DNA of 64,000 bases from the human T2T-CHM13v2.0 reference genome, Homo sapiens: assembly GCF_009914755.1 (NCBI RefSeq), contig NC_060928.1, one strand, 5' to 3'. Of this stretch, positions 49,901 through 64,000 are shown one piece after another. The position numbers were made by a program, and so were the translations under genes. The notes below the pieces were generated by a model. The model was given only the letters and a program-made list of their open reading frames with translations. It did no database searches and had not been told where the DNA came from. Position 1 is the stretch's first letter; the number at the start of each line of letters is the position of its first letter.

Positions 49901-50395
49901 TTCTTCCTCCTGTTGGTGGCCCCACAGCACCCTCTGGTCTGTGCTGCTCTGGACTTGGCTATTTCATGAAAGGCCATACCGTCCCCAGTGACCCCTCCCA
50001 TCCAGAAGTACCTGCCCCTTTAATTTTTCCATTCTTACTCCATGCATAGAAGCGTTCCCCTCACTGAGAGGCAGAATAAAGTAATAGTGAAGTGCACAGG
50101 TTTCAGTGAGACCAGAGCTGGGTTTACATCCCATCTCTGCCACTTACTGGCTGTGTGTCATCTAAGCTTCAATTTCTCTCATGTATAAAGAGTGGATTAA
50201 TAATAGTTCCAATGTTTATGGGTATTATTATAAGACGATAATAGTAGGATGAAAAAATATCAACAAGATAAAATAGGATAATAAATGGAAGGTACTGAGC
50301 CAGGTTTAGAACTCAGATGGTCTGACTATAGAGGCCACATGTTTGACAGCTGTGCTACAACACCTCCTATAAAATTGATTAAAAATTCAGTCATC

Positions 50396-50693
50396 GGCCA
50401 AGTGCAGTGGCTCACACCTGTAATCCTAGCACTTTGGGAGGCCAAGGCGGGAAAACGGCTTGAGCCCAGGGGTTGGAGACCAGCCTGGGCAACATGGCGA
50501 AACTCCACCTCTGCAAAAAAATACAAAAAATAGTTGAGCATGGTGGCGTGCACCTATAATCTCAGCTACTTGGGAGGTTGAGGTGGGAGGATCAAGGGAG
50601 CCCAGGAGGTCAAGGCTGTGGTGAGCCCAGATTGCATCACTGCACTCCAGCCTGGGCAATATAGTGAGACCCTATCTTAAAAAAAAAAAAAAA
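50396..50693 (+). mobile_element. AluJ
   Basis: Full dimer with A-tail, short TSD agtcat. Confidence 0.9.
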
Positions 50694-51880
50694 GTCATTA
50701 TGACACATGTTCATAGCAGCACTATGTATAATAGCCAAAAATTGAAAACACCCAGGTTGACTGACCTTCCTACATGACTAGATACCATAATTCAGGCAAA
50801 CTTCGGTTTTAACTTACACACTCATAAAAACAAACCAGTGCTAATAATAACGATAACATCTAACTCTTATGCAGTAGATACTGTAATATGCTAGGCATTG
50901 TTCCAAGTGCTTTACATATATTAACTGCTTTCATCTTCACCAAAACCCTTGCAGTTAGGTCCTATTTTAACCCCCATTTTATAGATGAGGACACAGGCAT
51001 GAGGAGGTCAGTAACATGTTTATGGACACGTAGTGAATAAGTGGCAGAGCCAGGGTTGGACCTTGAAAGACTAACTCCAATGAGTCCCATTCTAACCACC
51101 AGCCTCTACTGCCCACACATAGTTGCTTGTGTTATATAGATTTCTTTGTTTCATTAAGTGATCTTTATTTCTGATGCGACCAATGGCATATTTTTATTTC
51201 CTTACAAATCAGTTCAGTTCAGTTCTCTTCTATTTTTTTTCAAATAACCATTAGCTTTCCACACTTTCGACCTAGCATCAAAATAGCCCACAAAATATAT
51301 TTATAGCAAAATATAAATGACAAGCATAGCTTTAGGATTCTGATCCCTTGTCATGAAGTGTGATGAAGTATATCCACTGATATATTTTGACATTTTGAGT
51401 AAAGTACTCCAATTGACTGTCATTTTTAGCACGTCACCCAGAGATAATGGCAAGAATAAACCCCTCCCCCAGGCTCTCTGACAACATCAAACAAGGAAAC
51501 GCATAAGCAGGCTCTATAAACATCAGCAAAAGTGATGGATTCTGAACATAAAAATGTGGAGGTAGAAGAAACAGCCATTTCTGCGATCTGACCTATTTAC
51601 CAAGTCTGTTTATTCACCGAAGGAGCAATTTCAACATTTTAACTGTGTCTTACACTCAAAAGAGCCATAAAACCATAGGAGAAAGGCTAGAGCCTCAAGG
51701 AGCTGACAGGTTGATTACTTTAAATGGAATTAAACAATTGATTTAGCTGGGCGATTAGCTTGAACTGCTATCTGCATTTAAGGGAGCAGTTTTTTGACTG
51801 AGATGACTAATCAGTTCAACCCACTTGTAAATCTAGAACATATGATCCAAAAGGAGATGTACCTAATACTTTTTTTTTAA

Positions 51881-52680
<800 letters not shown>

Positions 52681-52719
52681 AATCAATTGCTTTATTTGTA
52701 AATGAAGACATTTTAATAT

Positions 52720-53006
52720 CTTTTTATTTTCCAACTTATATATTTAAGTTCAGGGGCACATGTGCAGCATGTGCAGGTTTGTTACATAGGTAAACACGTG
52801 CCATGGTGATTTGCTGTACAGATCATCCCATCACCTGGGTATTAAGCCCAGCATTCATTAACTATTCTTCCTGATACTCTCCCTCCTCCCAGCCCTTAAT
52901 TACTTTTTGTAGAGACAGGCTGGTCTCAAATTCCTGGCCTCAAGCAATCCACCTCGGCATCCCAAAGTCCTCCTAGGGTTACAGACATGAGCCGCTACAC
53001 CCAGCC
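52720..53006 (-). mobile_element. L1PA (old, about PA13-16) 3' end (52720-52895) fused to an Alu left arm (52896-53006)
   Basis: 'ttaagttcagggg.acatgtgcag.atgtgcaggtttgttacataggtaaac' followed directly by 'taattactttttgtagagacagg'. Confidence 0.8.
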
Positions 53007-55169
53007 AATTAAGTTTAAAATTTCTGTTTTATTAGTTCCAATTTCTCTCCCATCTAAATGCACTTGGGAGTCTTAGTGGAGCAATCTGTAACAGAATGTT
53101 CTTAAGTGTAAGAACAAACACATCTCTTCTCTATAACAACAACAACGATAATAATAATCATTTACTGAGCACTTACTATGTGCTTTATCTCCATTATTAG
53201 AGAAAGATTTCAGAGTGGAGTTCAAGTATGTGGTCCCTGCAGCCAGTTCCACAGTTGTGTGGCTGGGAGCAAATGGCTTGGATCTCTCTGTGCTTCATTC
53301 CCTCATTTGTAAATCATGAAACCTGTGTCATAAGACTTATTACAATTAAATAAATCCCTATATGTAAAGAGAGTGCGGGGAACCTGCTATAATTTGACTA
53401 TTGTAATTTATGTTCCTAAACACCATCTAAGTTTTGTAATATTATTTCTATGTTGCAGTTAAAAGAAGTAAAGTTCAAAAAGATAAATAATTGGACCAAA
53501 GTCTCACATGCAGAGAGAGCAGCTGCTTTTCCTTCTCCAGATGTACAAGTAGTGTTGTATGCACTGCAGAAACAGTAAACACAACCTCTTTTTTCTATAG
53601 CTGACATCCTGAAATGATTAAGATTTGGGATAGTTGGTACTTGATTGCACTTTTATTTCCCCAGAGGATAAATAAATCATTCATGAATACATTTGATAAG
53701 AGAATGTATGGAGCTATAAATTAAAATACTGGGGGGGAAAACTATAAATGATTATCTCCACATTATTCTAATATCCATTGTTAGAGGCATTTATACAACC
53801 CACAGGTGTCCACATACAAGCTCTTCTGTTTCACATTTTCTGTGTCTTATTACCTACCATCTGATTTGGTAACAGGTTTCCTTGCAAAAAGTTTCCTTCT
53901 TCACTTAGGGCTGAATTCAATTATCCTTCAGAAAATCATATACCCTGATTCCCCAGTCTCTTCAGTTTCGTTAAGATGTTGCCTTGTCTCCACTTCGTAT
54001 GCGTCATGTTAGTTTATTACTCAGCTGCTGACACTACCTTCTCATTTTAGTTTTCTGTTTGATTTCTCCCAGTGTCGTTATTATTGGGATCCTTAGTACC
54101 TTCACCATTGTTATAACTCCTTTTCATTTTCAGTCTGTCTCTTCAAAATAAAATCAGAGCAAATAAAACAGGCACAGGCTATATGCCGTTATGCAAAGCA
54201 CTGATATCAAACAAGATCAAGATCTCATTGATATAAAAACTGAGAATCCTTTTCAAAAGGAAATTGGAAAGCAGATCTGTGAAGTGTCTCTTTTTGCAAA
54301 AATCAAAGAGGAACAAGTGATTAGCCATGAATGGTTCTGTTCTTATGAATTCAAGACACCTTAATAGTAGGTGGCATAGAATATCATTAAGAATAACAGG
54401 ATGTCTCTAGCTTAGGCAGGAAACCATTTTCAAAAAATGTCAGAGCTCATTGTACAAAAAAAAATTCATAATTGCAAAGAAGTAATGGTGGATTCTAGTT
54501 TGGGGTTTGGAGGTGAATAAACATAGCTTAGAAACTATAGGGGCTTCCTGTTTTGAATTTAGGAGAAGCCACGACTTTTGCAAATATTTTTAGATGTAAT
54601 GTTTATGGAAGGCAAAGAATGTTAACCCAGAATGTTGGATAGTACAGCTAGATGTTGGTTTGTACATTCTAAGTCATTTAGAATATTGGACAGAGTACTG
54701 AACTACTACTGTACTTTTTCCTTCATTTCTTGCCTAAAAAGGGCAATAGTGAGAAAATGACTTTAACCAAAATATTCAACAAGCATTTATTAAGTCTGTG
54801 GTACAAATAGCATTCTGCAGAAAGCAGTCCTATTAGACCCAAAGGAAGCAGAAGATGAAATACACACGCCTGACAATTTAATAGGGGATGGAGAATAATA
54901 AACATATAAGCCTGAAAGAACCAGAGAATGATTCCGTAGTAATACTAAAATTTGTGGCATACTCTTCCCCCAGATAACCACAGGCTCATTTTCTTACCTT
55001 GTTCAAGTCTTTGCTCAAATGTTACCTTTTCAGTGAGAACTTCCCTGGCCACTCTCTATATAAATTGTACCAGTCTACTCCACAAACCCTGTCTCTGTCC
55101 CCCGTTCCTGTTTACTTTTCCTTATCACCTTGTAGTTAATTACATAATTTTGTTTTTCAACTATCTTAT

Positions 55170-55480
55170 TTTCTTATTTATTTATTTATTTATTTATTTG
55201 AGATAGAGTCTCGCTCTGTCACCCAGGCTGGAGTGCAGTGGTGAGATCTAGGCTCACTGCAACCTCCTACTCCCTGGTTCAAGCGATTCTCCTGCCTCAG
55301 CCTCCTAAGTAGCTGGGATTACAGGCACATGCCACCACGCCCAGCTAATTTTTGTATTTTTAGTAGAGACGGGGTTTCACCATGTTGGCCAGGCTGGTTT
55401 CGAACTCCTGACCTCAAGTGATCGCCCACCTCGGCCTCCCAAAATGCTGGGATTACAGGTGTGAGCCACTGTGCCCGGCC
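55170..55480 (-). mobile_element. AluSx with (TTTA)n tail, inside an L2 3' end (about 54940-55620)
   Basis: TSD tgttt(t/c)tcaactatcttat. Confidence 0.93.
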
Positions 55481-56796
55481 TGTTTCTCAACTATCTTATA
55501 ACTCCACCCTATCCACTGCTGAATAAAGCCTTCATAACAACAGGGGAATTGTGCATTTTGCTCATTACTAAATCCTTAGCAGGTGATAGAGTACCTGGCA
55601 CATAGTAAGTGTTCAAAAAAAAACCTTGCTTAATCAAGTATCTAATATGTATGTCAGACTACTTATTAGTGCTGAAAAAATTCAAAATAAGTAACCTTTG
55701 GCAATGTTAATGAGAAAAAGTTTATTGGAAGAAGGGATGTGTGTGCTTTTCAAGCCAAAACAAATTGATTTGATCAAACATAATGATTACAACGTAGGTT
55801 TTGAGTTCTAGACCAAACTCTGCCTCTATTTAGCTATGTGACCTAAATAAGATGTGTAACTTTGTTTTTTTGTGGATCTCTGAAGGTATTTATACCTGGG
55901 CCAAGAACTTATGTCTTTACATGGATTAACATTTAAAAACAAAAACAAAAACACTTCTAACAGAATTACAACTTTTTTTTCTTAGCTTCTCCTGGCCAAA
56001 GCAGCTATTCTTGACCATGCTTTATACCATGATCATCTTTGGTGATGCAATTTAGGAATGACTGGCCTTAGGCAAATCAGTGAAAGAAAGTTCCCTCCCA
56101 ATTGCAGTTACTGGGCCCCATTTCTGCCTTCTCCAGGCTCTCATGATGCCCTCTAGCTGTTCCAGAGCTCTCTGGGGCACCCAGCCAGGCTTGCCTGCTC
56201 CCAGTGTAAACCATACTCAGAAATTATGTTTTCCTGTCCTTTGCTCTCCAAGCAAAAAGCCTGCCTCTTCAGTCTCCTGCCAGTTAGGACTGGATCCTGA
56301 TGAGCTAATTCCCTTTAGGGTGAGAATGACAGATTGTTGGCTAAGCTAACCTTCTGTTTTCCTCACCACCAAAGTGAAGCCCAATGCTAAAGAAGGAATT
56401 GGAAGGGAAGGGAACTTCCAAATATCCAGTGCCTAGAATCTGCCTGAACTTTCAATATATTCAATCATTTTATCCACAACCAGGTAGATGATATTTACTC
56501 TCTAAGGAGCTGAAGTTCATGAGAGGTAAAATATGGACAGGTTCCAAAACTTTCTGTATTATCACATCAGCACACTGAATAAATGAGCCCAGAAATAGAA
56601 TTGTGGATACTATTGCAGACTTCTGGGGCAATATTTTGGGGATTGAGGAAAGAGGTCCTTTGTGGCATCCTGTATCAGCCACGTAAACTCTGGCTGTGAC
56701 CTTGAGTGAGTAGGCCCTGTGACCTTCAATAAGCAATTTAACCTCTCTTATAGCTTCGATGTCCTCATCTGAAAAATGGGGAATACTAATAGTATC

Positions 56797-57261
56797 TGTA
56801 GTCATTATTTCCTGCTTGTAACAAGTCGCTCCACAAATTAGTGGCTTAAAACAATAGTCATCCCTATAGTTCAGGAATTCAGGAGTGCCTCAGGTTGGGT
56901 AGTTTTCATTCAGGGTCTCTCATGAAGTTGCAGTCAGATGTTAGCTGGGGTCTGCATTCATCTGAAAGCCTGACTGGGGCTGGTGGAACCACTTCCAAGG
57001 TGGGGCACTCACATTGGCTGACAAATTAGTTCCTTTCCACATGGGCTCTCCACAGTACTGCTTGAGTGTCTTGGCAAAATGGCAGCTGGCTTCATCCAGA
57101 GCAAGCAATTCAAGAGACCAAGATGGAAGCTCAATGACTTTATTCCTAACCTTGGAAATCTCACAGCATCACCTATGTGATAGTGTATTAGTCACACAAG
57201 ACAGTCCCTAACTCAATGTGGATGGGACCACACAAGGGCCCTTTTGGAGATTTCTGCAACA
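56797..57261 (-). mobile_element. MaLR solo LTR (MLT1F-like) inserted in a MIR
   Basis: TG…CA ends with perfect 5-bp TSD GTATC (56792-56796, 57262-57266). Confidence 0.85.
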
Positions 57262-57774
57262 GTATCTCTATTATCAGGAAGATTAAATGAAACAACCCAT
57301 GTTAAGCCCCGTACATTGTAAACACTGACTAACCGGTAGCTATTATTACAATGGCCCTAAAGTGCTCAATGCCTGCCTATACTAAGGCTGGTGCTGATTC
57401 TGATGTCTACTCTGAGTTTGATTTTATTGGATTTTAACAACAGACTCCCTTGTGAAATGCTTGAGCCCACATTAGAACCCAGTAGGAAGAAGCCAGAAAG
57501 CCGTAGAGCTCAGGCAAAACAGCAGCAACAACAAACACCAGTTCAATGAACCCATGAAGCAAATGACATCTGGGTGCCGGGCTCCTGAGTACCAACAGCA
57601 GCTGGTTGGCCCTGGCAGACTCGATAGCTCTGGGAAGCACCTGGAGAACCTTATCACTACCTGATCACGAAGTCAGGAGATCAAGACCATCCTGGTCTCC
57701 TGAATAGCAACAGCAACAACAATTTCTCTATCTGTATTCTTATCTGTGTGTGCTGTCACTTAAGTATATAGTGC

Positions 57775-58050
57775 AATGTTTTTCAAATTTGTGTCCTGGG
57801 AAACACTACTGCAAAAAAAATATTAATAGATGGGTCTCAAAAAAAAAAATCATTATGGTCGAATAAATTTGAAAAGGCTGCCTATTAAATCCTTTCTCGA
57901 AGCCTCACAGTGCATATTTTGCACGGTGTTAAAGACTCTAGGAAGTCCTAGGATTAAATAATAAGAAAAATTAGAAGGAAAATGTTTGTTTAGTTGGATT
58001 TGACTCAACATTTCCATCATCTTGCAAACTTGTCAGTGCAAACACACTAT
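57775..58050 (+). mobile_element. MER103C-like hAT MITE
   Basis: 'atggtcgaataaatttgaaaaggctgc…cacagtgcatatt…ttaaagactctaggaagtcct'. Confidence 0.65.
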
Positions 58051-58360
58051 TTTTCCTTCCACTACAGGTATAAGCCTTCTATCTGGAAGATGCTTGTGAT
58101 AAGTGAAGAAACAGGGTTTTAGGGGGTTGAATCCAGCATTGCCTACTTACTAGAGCCATGATCACGAGAAAATCACTTCAATTTTTTGACCCTCGGTCTC
58201 CCTATCAGTACAATTTGGACAATACACACTTAATTGGGCTGTTGAGAGAATTAAATAATAAAGATACCTAGCCTGGTGTTTGGATCCCAATAAGAGTTTG
58301 GACTTGCAGCTTGACACTTTGAGTTCCAATCCTAGCTCTATCATGAAGGAGCTATTTGAG

Positions 58361-58893
<533 letters not shown>

Positions 58894-60574
58894 TAAAACA
58901 AGGAGAATCATTGTATTAATGTATCTCATAGCTTCTATGCAGGGATAAAATAGAAGGAAGTATGGAAAGTGTAGTAAACATGCTTGGCACACTACAAGAG
59001 TTTTATAGTTGTAGGGTATCATCATTACTGTTGTGGCCAAAGGTCACAGAGCTGGTAAGTGACAAAGTCAATAAATGAATCCCAGCCTGACTCAGTGTGT
59101 GTGCACCTTCCCCTCTGCTGTGACATAGAAACAATCAACAGAAATGAGATGCAGTCGTTTTGAGAGCAGCTTTGGGGAGAGGGTTGGGCCAGCAGTTGGA
59201 GACAAGTGGGTGGTCATAATTCCGGAGAGCTTCCCAGAAGTGGTGGGGTCGCGGGAGGATATCTAGAGACAAGGAGGCAGGTGGCTGGGCAGATGGGGAT
59301 GGCAGGGTTTACACAGTCAGGACAGCCAGGACAACGGCTTGGAAGAGTGAGTGGCGGCGGCTGTAAGACGCCAGCTTTGTTGGAACAAAGCAGCAGGTGA
59401 GAGAGCCACAGAGATCAACGCTCCAGGCACCCAGGGAGAGCAGACGCAGAAGAAAACACTTGGCAGGAACAGGGCGGCACCATTTGCCTTTTTCAATCAA
59501 TCAGACAACAATTGAGGGATGGCCTATGAAGCAAAGCCCTATTCCCCAACCCCCACACACACCACCAAAGCAACGACTGCTCAGATAATAGCCTAACTTC
59601 CAAGACCTGCTCCTCCCTCCTCAAGCCAGCCGGACCATGATCAGCCATATAGAAATTTATTTTTATTACTGAGCTCCTATTTCTGCTTTTGCCATCACCA
59701 CAGATCAGTTCGGGTTTTGTATCCCAGCCAAGTGCTTTTCATATTTTCCAGATCACTCAAAAGTCTGTATCCGCTGCCTGGAGCAGGTTTAAGGAACAAT
59801 CTGAGATTTCTTTCTGAATAAGCAGTTATTTGTACTTTGTTTTGCTTTTCTTGGTTACTGAAGAGAAACAGTGACATAAAGAAAGCACTGGTAACACTTT
59901 GCATTGAGCAGCACAAATGTCAATGGTAGTGACTCTGCAAATAAATAGTTACATTGTCAGGCGCACAAGAGTCTCATTGAGGAAATCTGTGCTGTGACTG
60001 CTAACAGGGTTAACACTTTAAGCACAATGTAATCAAGAAAAGGCTTGTAAACTTTGCTCCAAGTGACCTCTGCCTGTACTAAAAGCAAATGTCAACCAAG
60101 GATCCCAGGATACATTTTCAGAGCAGTCATGGTGTAGTTAATGCATCCTTTATAGTGCACTGGAGGGAAGGGAAGGAAAGTAACAGAGAAGAGAAGAAAA
60201 AAAGGAGAAGAGAAGAGGGGAGGGGAGGGGAGGGGAGAGGAGAGGAGAGGAGAGACCTGGGTAGAGTTAAACTTTGTTTATGGGGAAATGGCAAAGTCCC
60301 CTTGTTTCAGTGATGACAGTGAATTCCGTTATGCTGTTTCATTCTCTATTTTCATCACAGTTCCACTCAAAGCCAAAATATATTTTTTAATGAATTGTAA
60401 AATGTAGTTTTCCACTTTGCAAAATTTTTCTTGTAAAGGATGTTTTATAAAGAAAATAAGATCCTGTTAGCAGAAATTTAAGTGACGAAATACTTAGGAC
60501 TCCCAGCACCCCGTCCTCTGAGCCTTGGCAGAGCAAAGTTCCGTGTGAGCAAAACTTCCCTGTCATTCCCTGTT

Positions 60575-60758
60575 TAGAGTTGCCAGATTTCACAAATAAT
60601 ACAGAATGCCCAATTAACACTGAATTTCAGATAAATCACAAATAATATTTTTAGTGTAACTATACCCCAACATCGCATGAGGCCTACTAAAAAATCATTT
60701 GCCGTTTATCTGAAATGCAAATTTAACTGGATGTCCTGTTTTTCATTTAACAACTCTA
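60575..60758. mobile_element. MER53 palindromic hAT MITE
   Basis: Terminal IR tagagttg…caactcta, internal IR tttcagataaa…tttatctgaaa. Confidence 0.88.
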
Positions 60759-61465
60759 CTTCTGTTAGTTACTCTTCTTTCTTACCTTGACTTTTACTTT
60801 TTGCCATTCCCTGGGATACCCCGTCTGGGTCATTCATTCCTCCTTTCAAATACTTTATTCTCTAAACTATACCCTCCTCTCCAGATCAATAACATTCACA
60901 CAGTATGAATTAATCTGGGACAGACATTTAGAAGAAATTCGTCTGAACATATAATTATTAAACACCCACAAAGTGCCAGATGTAGGATTAGAGGGAGAGA
61001 AAAGCAACCAAGCTATACCCGTGCTGAAGTAGGGAAGGACGTATTTAAGAAGAACATGAGGAAGAGCATGTTTTAGTGGGCTCTTGTCTATGGAAGGGGG
61101 TCCTTGATGTCTTCAGAAGGTGAAAACCAAAATGATCATTTGGATTCCAGATTCATCTGTTGAACCCATACTGCATTCCAGGTTTAATGTTAGATAGACC
61201 TTTCATGTTTATCCTGCTGATTTTCTTCTTGAAATTTTCACACAGAAGATGTGAAAAGGTTTTGGACTCTCAAACTGCCTTCGTTTTGTGCAATATCCTG
61301 TGACCCCCAATAGTTGATGAGAAAGAGGGAGAAAGGTCTCCAAGTTGAGAAAGGATTCCTGGGGTCATTCCTTATTATGGGCCCTCATCTCCAGGACAAA
61401 GTGGGGTGCAGAAAGCAAATCAAGGCTTTACTAATCCATACTTTATAATTGGCAACAACATATCA

Positions 61466-61828
<363 letters not shown>

Positions 61829-61965
61829 TTAAGCAGAAGAAAAATTATTTTGATGAACTGACTTGGAATCAAGCATGAAGAAAATTCCAGGCAAACTCAG
61901 AGGTTGAGGAACAGTTTAACGTGATTTATACATAAGGAAAGACCATTCAGAGCCAGAACTTCTGA

Positions 61966-62300
<335 letters not shown>

Positions 62301-62654
62301 CTAACCTTCTCTCTTAATAGTATGATCATTAAACTCCTCTTAAGGGGGAATTTTTAAAAAAATTGTACTTCCAATGAGAATTTGAAGCAGTACTTCATAT
62401 GTTTCACTGATTAATGCTACCAGTAGCTCTTGAAGTGCTCAATACCGCACAGTCTAACCAAAGAGAGCACAAAGTTGGATCCTCTGTGGGATTTGTTCAT
62501 ATATTCATTCAACAAATACCCATTGAGATCCTCCTTTCTTGTCCAGCCTTTTTCTCATGTCTTTAGGACACAGCAGTGAACCAAATCATTAAGGTCCCTA
62601 CACGCTGCCCTCATGGCCTTAGAGTTCAGTGCAGAGGTTCTGAGAGTGTGGTCC

Positions 62655-62972
62655 AGCCGGGAGCGGTGGCTCACCCCTGTAATCCCAGCACTATGGGAGC
62701 CCGAGGCGGGCGGATCACGAGGTCAGGAGATCGAGACCATCCTGGCTAACATGGTGAAACCCCATCTCTACTAAAAATACAAACAAATTAGCCGGGCATG
62801 GTGGCGGGCGCCTGTAGTCCCAGCTACTCGGGAGGCTGAGGCGGAGAATGGCGTGAACCCGAGAGGTGGAACTTGCAGTGACAGGAGATTGCGCCGCTGC
62901 ACTCCAGCCTGGACAACAGAGCGAGACTCTGTCTCAAAAAAAAAAAAAAAGAAAAGAAAAGAAAAAAAGAAA
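62655..62972 (+). mobile_element. AluY
   Basis: gagatcgagaccatcctggctaac, ggcgtgaaccc; TSD gagagtgtggtcca. Confidence 0.95.
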
Positions 62973-63429
62973 AGAGAGTGTGGTCCACAGATCCTCAGGA
63001 ACCACTAAGACCCTTTGAGGTAAGAAGGTTATAACTATCTCCATACCAAGATGCTGTTTGGCCTTTTGGTTGCATTGACATTTGCCCCTGTTAGCACAAA
63101 AGTAATGGTGGATAAAGTTGCTGGCACCTTAGCACAAAGTAATAGAATGCATTAGTCATCATGGAATTTTTCACCAACAGACCCACTCATAGTTAAAAAA
63201 AAAAAAAAAAAAAAAAGTCCAAGTTTATTTTATTTAAGAGTCTCCTTGATTGAAGTGGTAAAAATTATTAATTTTCTTAAACCTCCATACTTAAATACAT
63301 GTCTTTTTACTATTCTGTGTGATTAAATAGAAAGAACACATAAAGCACGTGTGCTGCATGCTGAAATATGATGTTTGCCTTGAGGAAAAGTACTTTTGCA
63401 ATTATTAGAATTGTGAACTAAGCTGGCTA

Positions 63430-63754
<325 letters not shown>

Positions 63755-64000
63755 CTATCAACTGACAAACTATTGTTATTCAGAGATGATGGGTATCTCG
63801 CAGAAATTTTCTTAAAAAATAAATGAAGTGAGTCTGTCACTGACAAAACAACTGACTGTATTTGTTGCCAATGATAGAATTTGAGCTTTCAAGAGAAAAG
63901 TAGAATTGTGGATTGCTTGTATCCACTATGGTGAGTTTGACACTTTCTCAGTATTTCTGGACTTTTGAGTGAGAATAATTGTGATATTAATGAATAAGAT

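Noticed and set aside
60575-60758. MER53 hairpin as a miR-1302 family gene
   Set aside because: The segment matching mature miR-1302 is diverged, including the seed (minus strand ttggggtatagttacactaaa), and the opposite arm is partly deleted.

Overview
Primate (human-like) nuclear DNA, Alu-dense and intronic or intergenic. I find no credible protein-coding gene, tRNA, rRNA or CRISPR array; the long ORFs are Alu, L2 or low-complexity artefacts. About 40 Alu copies or fragments are nested in older fossils: Tigger3b, Charlie7, Charlie1a, MER63A, MER53, MER103C, L1M/L1PA, L2, MIR, MLT1, MER21A, MER68 and MER67/31. Family names come from my recall of consensus sequences, not a database search, and boundaries of old elements are approximate. 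The main points of interest are: (1) a 2.6-kb, 108-unit, 24-bp polypyrimidine VNTR with higher-order structure, close to a 1.3-kb polypurine tract of opposite polarity; (2) several DNA-level templated-insertion scars, namely a local L1 segment copied into an AluJ, a 122-bp inverted copy inside an L2, a 347-bp foreign segment captured inside an Alu's TSDs, and an orphan 33-bp Alu piece; (3) a 116-bp MER11 (HML-8) mini-LTR with both termini and a 6-bp TSD inside an Alu. I see no sequence evidence for a new gene-encoded system.
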